A stretch of 19,712 nucleotides of DNA from Cyanobacteria bacterium J06626_4. Its GTDB lineage: Bacteria; Cyanobacteriota; Cyanobacteriia; Phormidesmidales; Phormidesmidaceae. The notes beneath the pieces are model-generated. The model did no database searches, was not told the origin of the DNA, and was given only the letters and a program-made list of their open reading frames with translations. The translations under genes and the position numbers were made by a program. The stretch covers positions 1 through 19,712 of the forward strand of contig JBCBJQ010000108.1 in assembly GCA_038523235.1 (NCBI GenBank), written 5' to 3'. Numbering within the stretch: position 1 is the stretch's first letter; each line of letters begins with the position of its first letter. Shown piece by piece: positions 17,712 to 19,712 of this stretch.

Positions 17712-18221
17712 ATGATTGAGATGAAAGTCGCTGGTATTGCGCTTGATGCGATTTCTCGCAATCCGGTTGTGCTCTTGCGAGACACTGAAGATCGTCGCGC
17801 CCTGCCGATTTATATCGGTCAAGACCAAGCCAAGTCAATTGTTAGCGCCCTCGAAAATCAACAGACGCCGCGACCCCTCACCCATGACCTGTTTGTCAAT
17901 CTGATGGACGACTGGGACATGACGTTAGAGCGGATCGTCATTCACGCACTGAAGGACAATACGTTTTTTGCATTATTGACGCTCAGCGCGGGCGAAACTC
18001 GAAAGGAACTCGATGCTCGCCCCAGCGACGCGATCGCGATCGCCCTACGCATGGATGCACCAATTTGGGTGATGGAGGAAGTGATTGCGGATGCCTCAAT
18101 CCCGGTTGATCAGGCGGCAGATGAGGCAGAAAAGCAGGCCTTTCGCGAATTTATCTCGAACCTCAGCCCTTCCGATTTCACGCAGCAAGGTGAGATCAGC
18201 AACGATACGTTTGAGCAATAA
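17712..18221 (+). CDS. Bifunctional nuclease family protein (DUF151)
   Basis: LPIYIG, RPLTHDL and DARPSDAIAIA motifs. SD GAGG. Confidence 0.93.
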   Translation: MIEMKVAGIALDAISRNPVVLLRDTEDRRALPIYIGQDQAKSIVSALENQQTPRPLTHDLFVNLMDDWDMTLERIVIHALKDNTFFALLTLSAGETRKELDARPSDAIAIALRMDAPIWVMEEVIADASIPVDQAADEAEKQAFREFISNLSPSDFTQQGEISNDTFEQ

Positions 18222-18336
18222 GCGATCGCTCGGCGTGGCTGCTCATGAGTATGATTGGGACGAGAGACTGTTCTGTGCGCTCTGTCTCCAGGCTACTCCT
18301 CACAACGATTTCAATGAGCGCCCTTGCCAGGATGTA

Positions 18337-18445
18337 ACCTCACTGCCTGTGGCACCTCTCCTTATCAAGGAGAGGTTTATGCTAGGTGCCTGGTTACTTC
18401 CCTAAGCCTTGGCCAAAGAGAAGAAGAGGCTAGAAGAGGTGCTTC
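18337..18445. repeat. Degenerate cyanobacterial palindromic dispersed repeat (REP/SDR-like)
   Basis: AACCTCAC-TGCC-TGT-GGCA followed by the perfect hairpin ACCTCTCCTT-ATC-AAGGAGAGGT (18354-76). A decayed second unit lies near 18400-18445. It resembles the CCTCTCCTT-N3-AAGGAGAGG repeats I recall from cyanobacterial genomes. Confidence 0.5.
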
Positions 18446-18489
18446 ATTCTCTCAAAGCTTGGACTCACGCTCTCTTTGCAAGTTGACCC

Positions 18490-19620
18490 ATGCAATATCG
18501 CCAATTTGGCAAAACGGGCCTGTCGCTATCGGTGTTTTCGTTGGGGACGATGCGATCGCTGGCGGACTATGCCACCTTTCACGCGACGGTGATCGCGGCC
18601 CTAGACGCGGGCATTAATCACATTGAGACGGCACGGGGGTATGGACAGAGTGAGGTGCTGTTGGGGCAAGTGCTGCAGACCTTAGGTTCAAGGGTGCGAT
18701 CGCAGATCACCATAACGACCAAAATTCCCCCGACGCCCGACGCTGCGACGATGGCTGCTCAGCTAGAGGAATCGCTCAGTCGTCTGCAGGTGGAGGTGAT
18801 CGACTGTTTGGCTATTCACGGCATCAATACGCCGGAGCATTTGGCCTGGGTGCAAGCGCCCGATGGCGGCATGGCGGCAGTCAAGGCGGCACAAGCGGCA
18901 GGACGGGTACGCCATATTGGCTTTTCGACTCATGGCTCGCAGGCAGTGATTGAAGCGGCGATCGCGTCGAGGCAGTTTGCTTTCGTAAATTTGCACTACT
19001 ACTGGTCTTTTCCCCATCATCAGGCTGTGGTGCAGCAGGCCCATGAGCAGGGAATGGGCATTTTTATCATTTCTCCGGCAGACAAAGGGGGACTGCTTTA
19101 CACCCCACCGGAGCGGCTGCGGCAGCTCTGTGAACCCTTGGAGCCGCTACATCTGACCTATCGCTGGTTGTTGAGTCAGCCCGCGATCACGACGTTGAGC
19201 GTTGGCCCCGCTCATGCCGGTGAACTGGCGCTGCCGCTAGCGGTGAGCGATCGCACCGGTCCGCTGACCTCGGAGGAAACGGCGGCGTTGCAGCGATTAA
19301 CAGAGGCGGCACAGGACACCCTGGGAACGGAGCAGTGCCATCAATGCTATGCCTGTCTACCCTGCCCAGAAGACATCAACATTCCCGAAGTGCTGCGACT
19401 GCGTAATTTGGCGATCGCCTATGACATGACGGACTACGGCCAGTATCGCTACCGCATGTTTGAAAATGCCGGGCACTGGTTTCCGGGACGAAAGGGCGAT
19501 CGCTGCACTGATTGTGGTGACTGTCTGCCGCGCTGCCCGAGTGAATTAGCGATTCCGCAGCTACTGCGAGATGCGCATCAGCGCTTGAATGGGCCGGAGC
19601 GGCGGCGGTTGTGGGGTTAG
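18490..19620 (+). CDS. Aldo/keto reductase with C-terminal 4Fe-4S dicluster domain
   Basis: YRQFGKTG..LS.FSLGTMR, GINHIETARGYG.SE and IGFSTHG. Cys motifs CHQCYACLPCP and CTDCGDCLPRCP. Confidence 0.95.
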   Translation: MQYRQFGKTGLSLSVFSLGTMRSLADYATFHATVIAALDAGINHIETARGYGQSEVLLGQVLQTLGSRVRSQITITTKIPPTPDAATMAAQLEESLSRLQVEVIDCLAIHGINTPEHLAWVQAPDGGMAAVKAAQAAGRVRHIGFSTHGSQAVIEAAIASRQFAFVNLHYYWSFPHHQAVVQQAHEQGMGIFIISPADKGGLLYTPPERLRQLCEPLEPLHLTYRWLLSQPAITTLSVGPAHAGELALPLAVSDRTGPLTSEETAALQRLTEAAQDTLGTEQCHQCYACLPCPEDINIPEVLRLRNLAIAYDMTDYGQYRYRMFENAGHWFPGRKGDRCTDCGDCLPRCPSELAIPQLLRDAHQRLNGPERRRLWG

Positions 19621-19712
19621 GGGGGTGGAGGGTGGAGAGTGGTGTGAGAGGGGGTGGAGGGTAAGAACGCAGCAGGACAGCAAGGGAGTGGGGGAGCAGA
19701 GGAGCAAGGGGG
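19621..19712 (+). repeat. Purine/G-rich short-repeat tract (STRR-like), runs off the window
   Basis: GGGGGTGGAGGGT at 19621-33 and 19650-62, then GGAGCA units. Confidence 0.65.

Larger units (their letters stand above)
1504..19503. repeat. HIP1 octamer GCGATCGC, dispersed
   Basis: About 26 copies counted by eye, e.g. 1504, 2284, 4636, 4711, 8882, 13221, 18030/18036, 18222, 19496. Confidence 0.95.

Noticed and set aside
18262..18330. Yfr1-like sRNA (ACTCCTCACA at 18295-18304)
   Set aside because: The motif is incomplete, no terminator hairpin follows directly, and it is not in the usual guaB-trxA context.
1..19712. CRISPR array, tRNA/rRNA, IS element or defence system
   Set aside because: No regularly spaced repeats, cloverleafs, transposases or recognisable defence genes were seen. 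The DUF151 gene is in a housekeeping context.

Overview
Cyanobacterial chromosomal window: about 26 HIP1 GCGATCGC sites, with gene content typical of filamentous Leptolyngbya-like strains (taxon is inference). Left to right it holds: (1) the 3' end of an AT-richer surface-polysaccharide cluster (GT4, atypical SDR/epimerase, MraY/WbpL-like initiating transferase); (2) a 650-bp intergenic region with a ~180-nt rod-shaped RNA that looks like 6S RNA, plus two NtcA-type boxes; (3) the oxidative pentose phosphate genes fbp-zwf-opcA; (4) a small hypothetical gene; (5) a minus-strand trio of PhyH-like Fe/2OG dioxygenase, SAM methyltransferase and alpha/beta hydrolase, the last broken by a +1 frameshift inside a perfect 23-bp inverted repeat; (6) two hypothetical genes separated by a hairpin-rich spacer; (7) two lipoproteins and a secreted protein; (8) riboflavin synthase, a DUF151 nuclease and an Fe-S aldo/keto reductase. 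No transposase, CRISPR array, tRNA or rRNA was seen. Most of the window is ordinary housekeeping. The best leads are the 6S-like RNA, the palindrome-associated frameshift, the orphan tailoring-enzyme trio and the structured spacer at 12780-13040.
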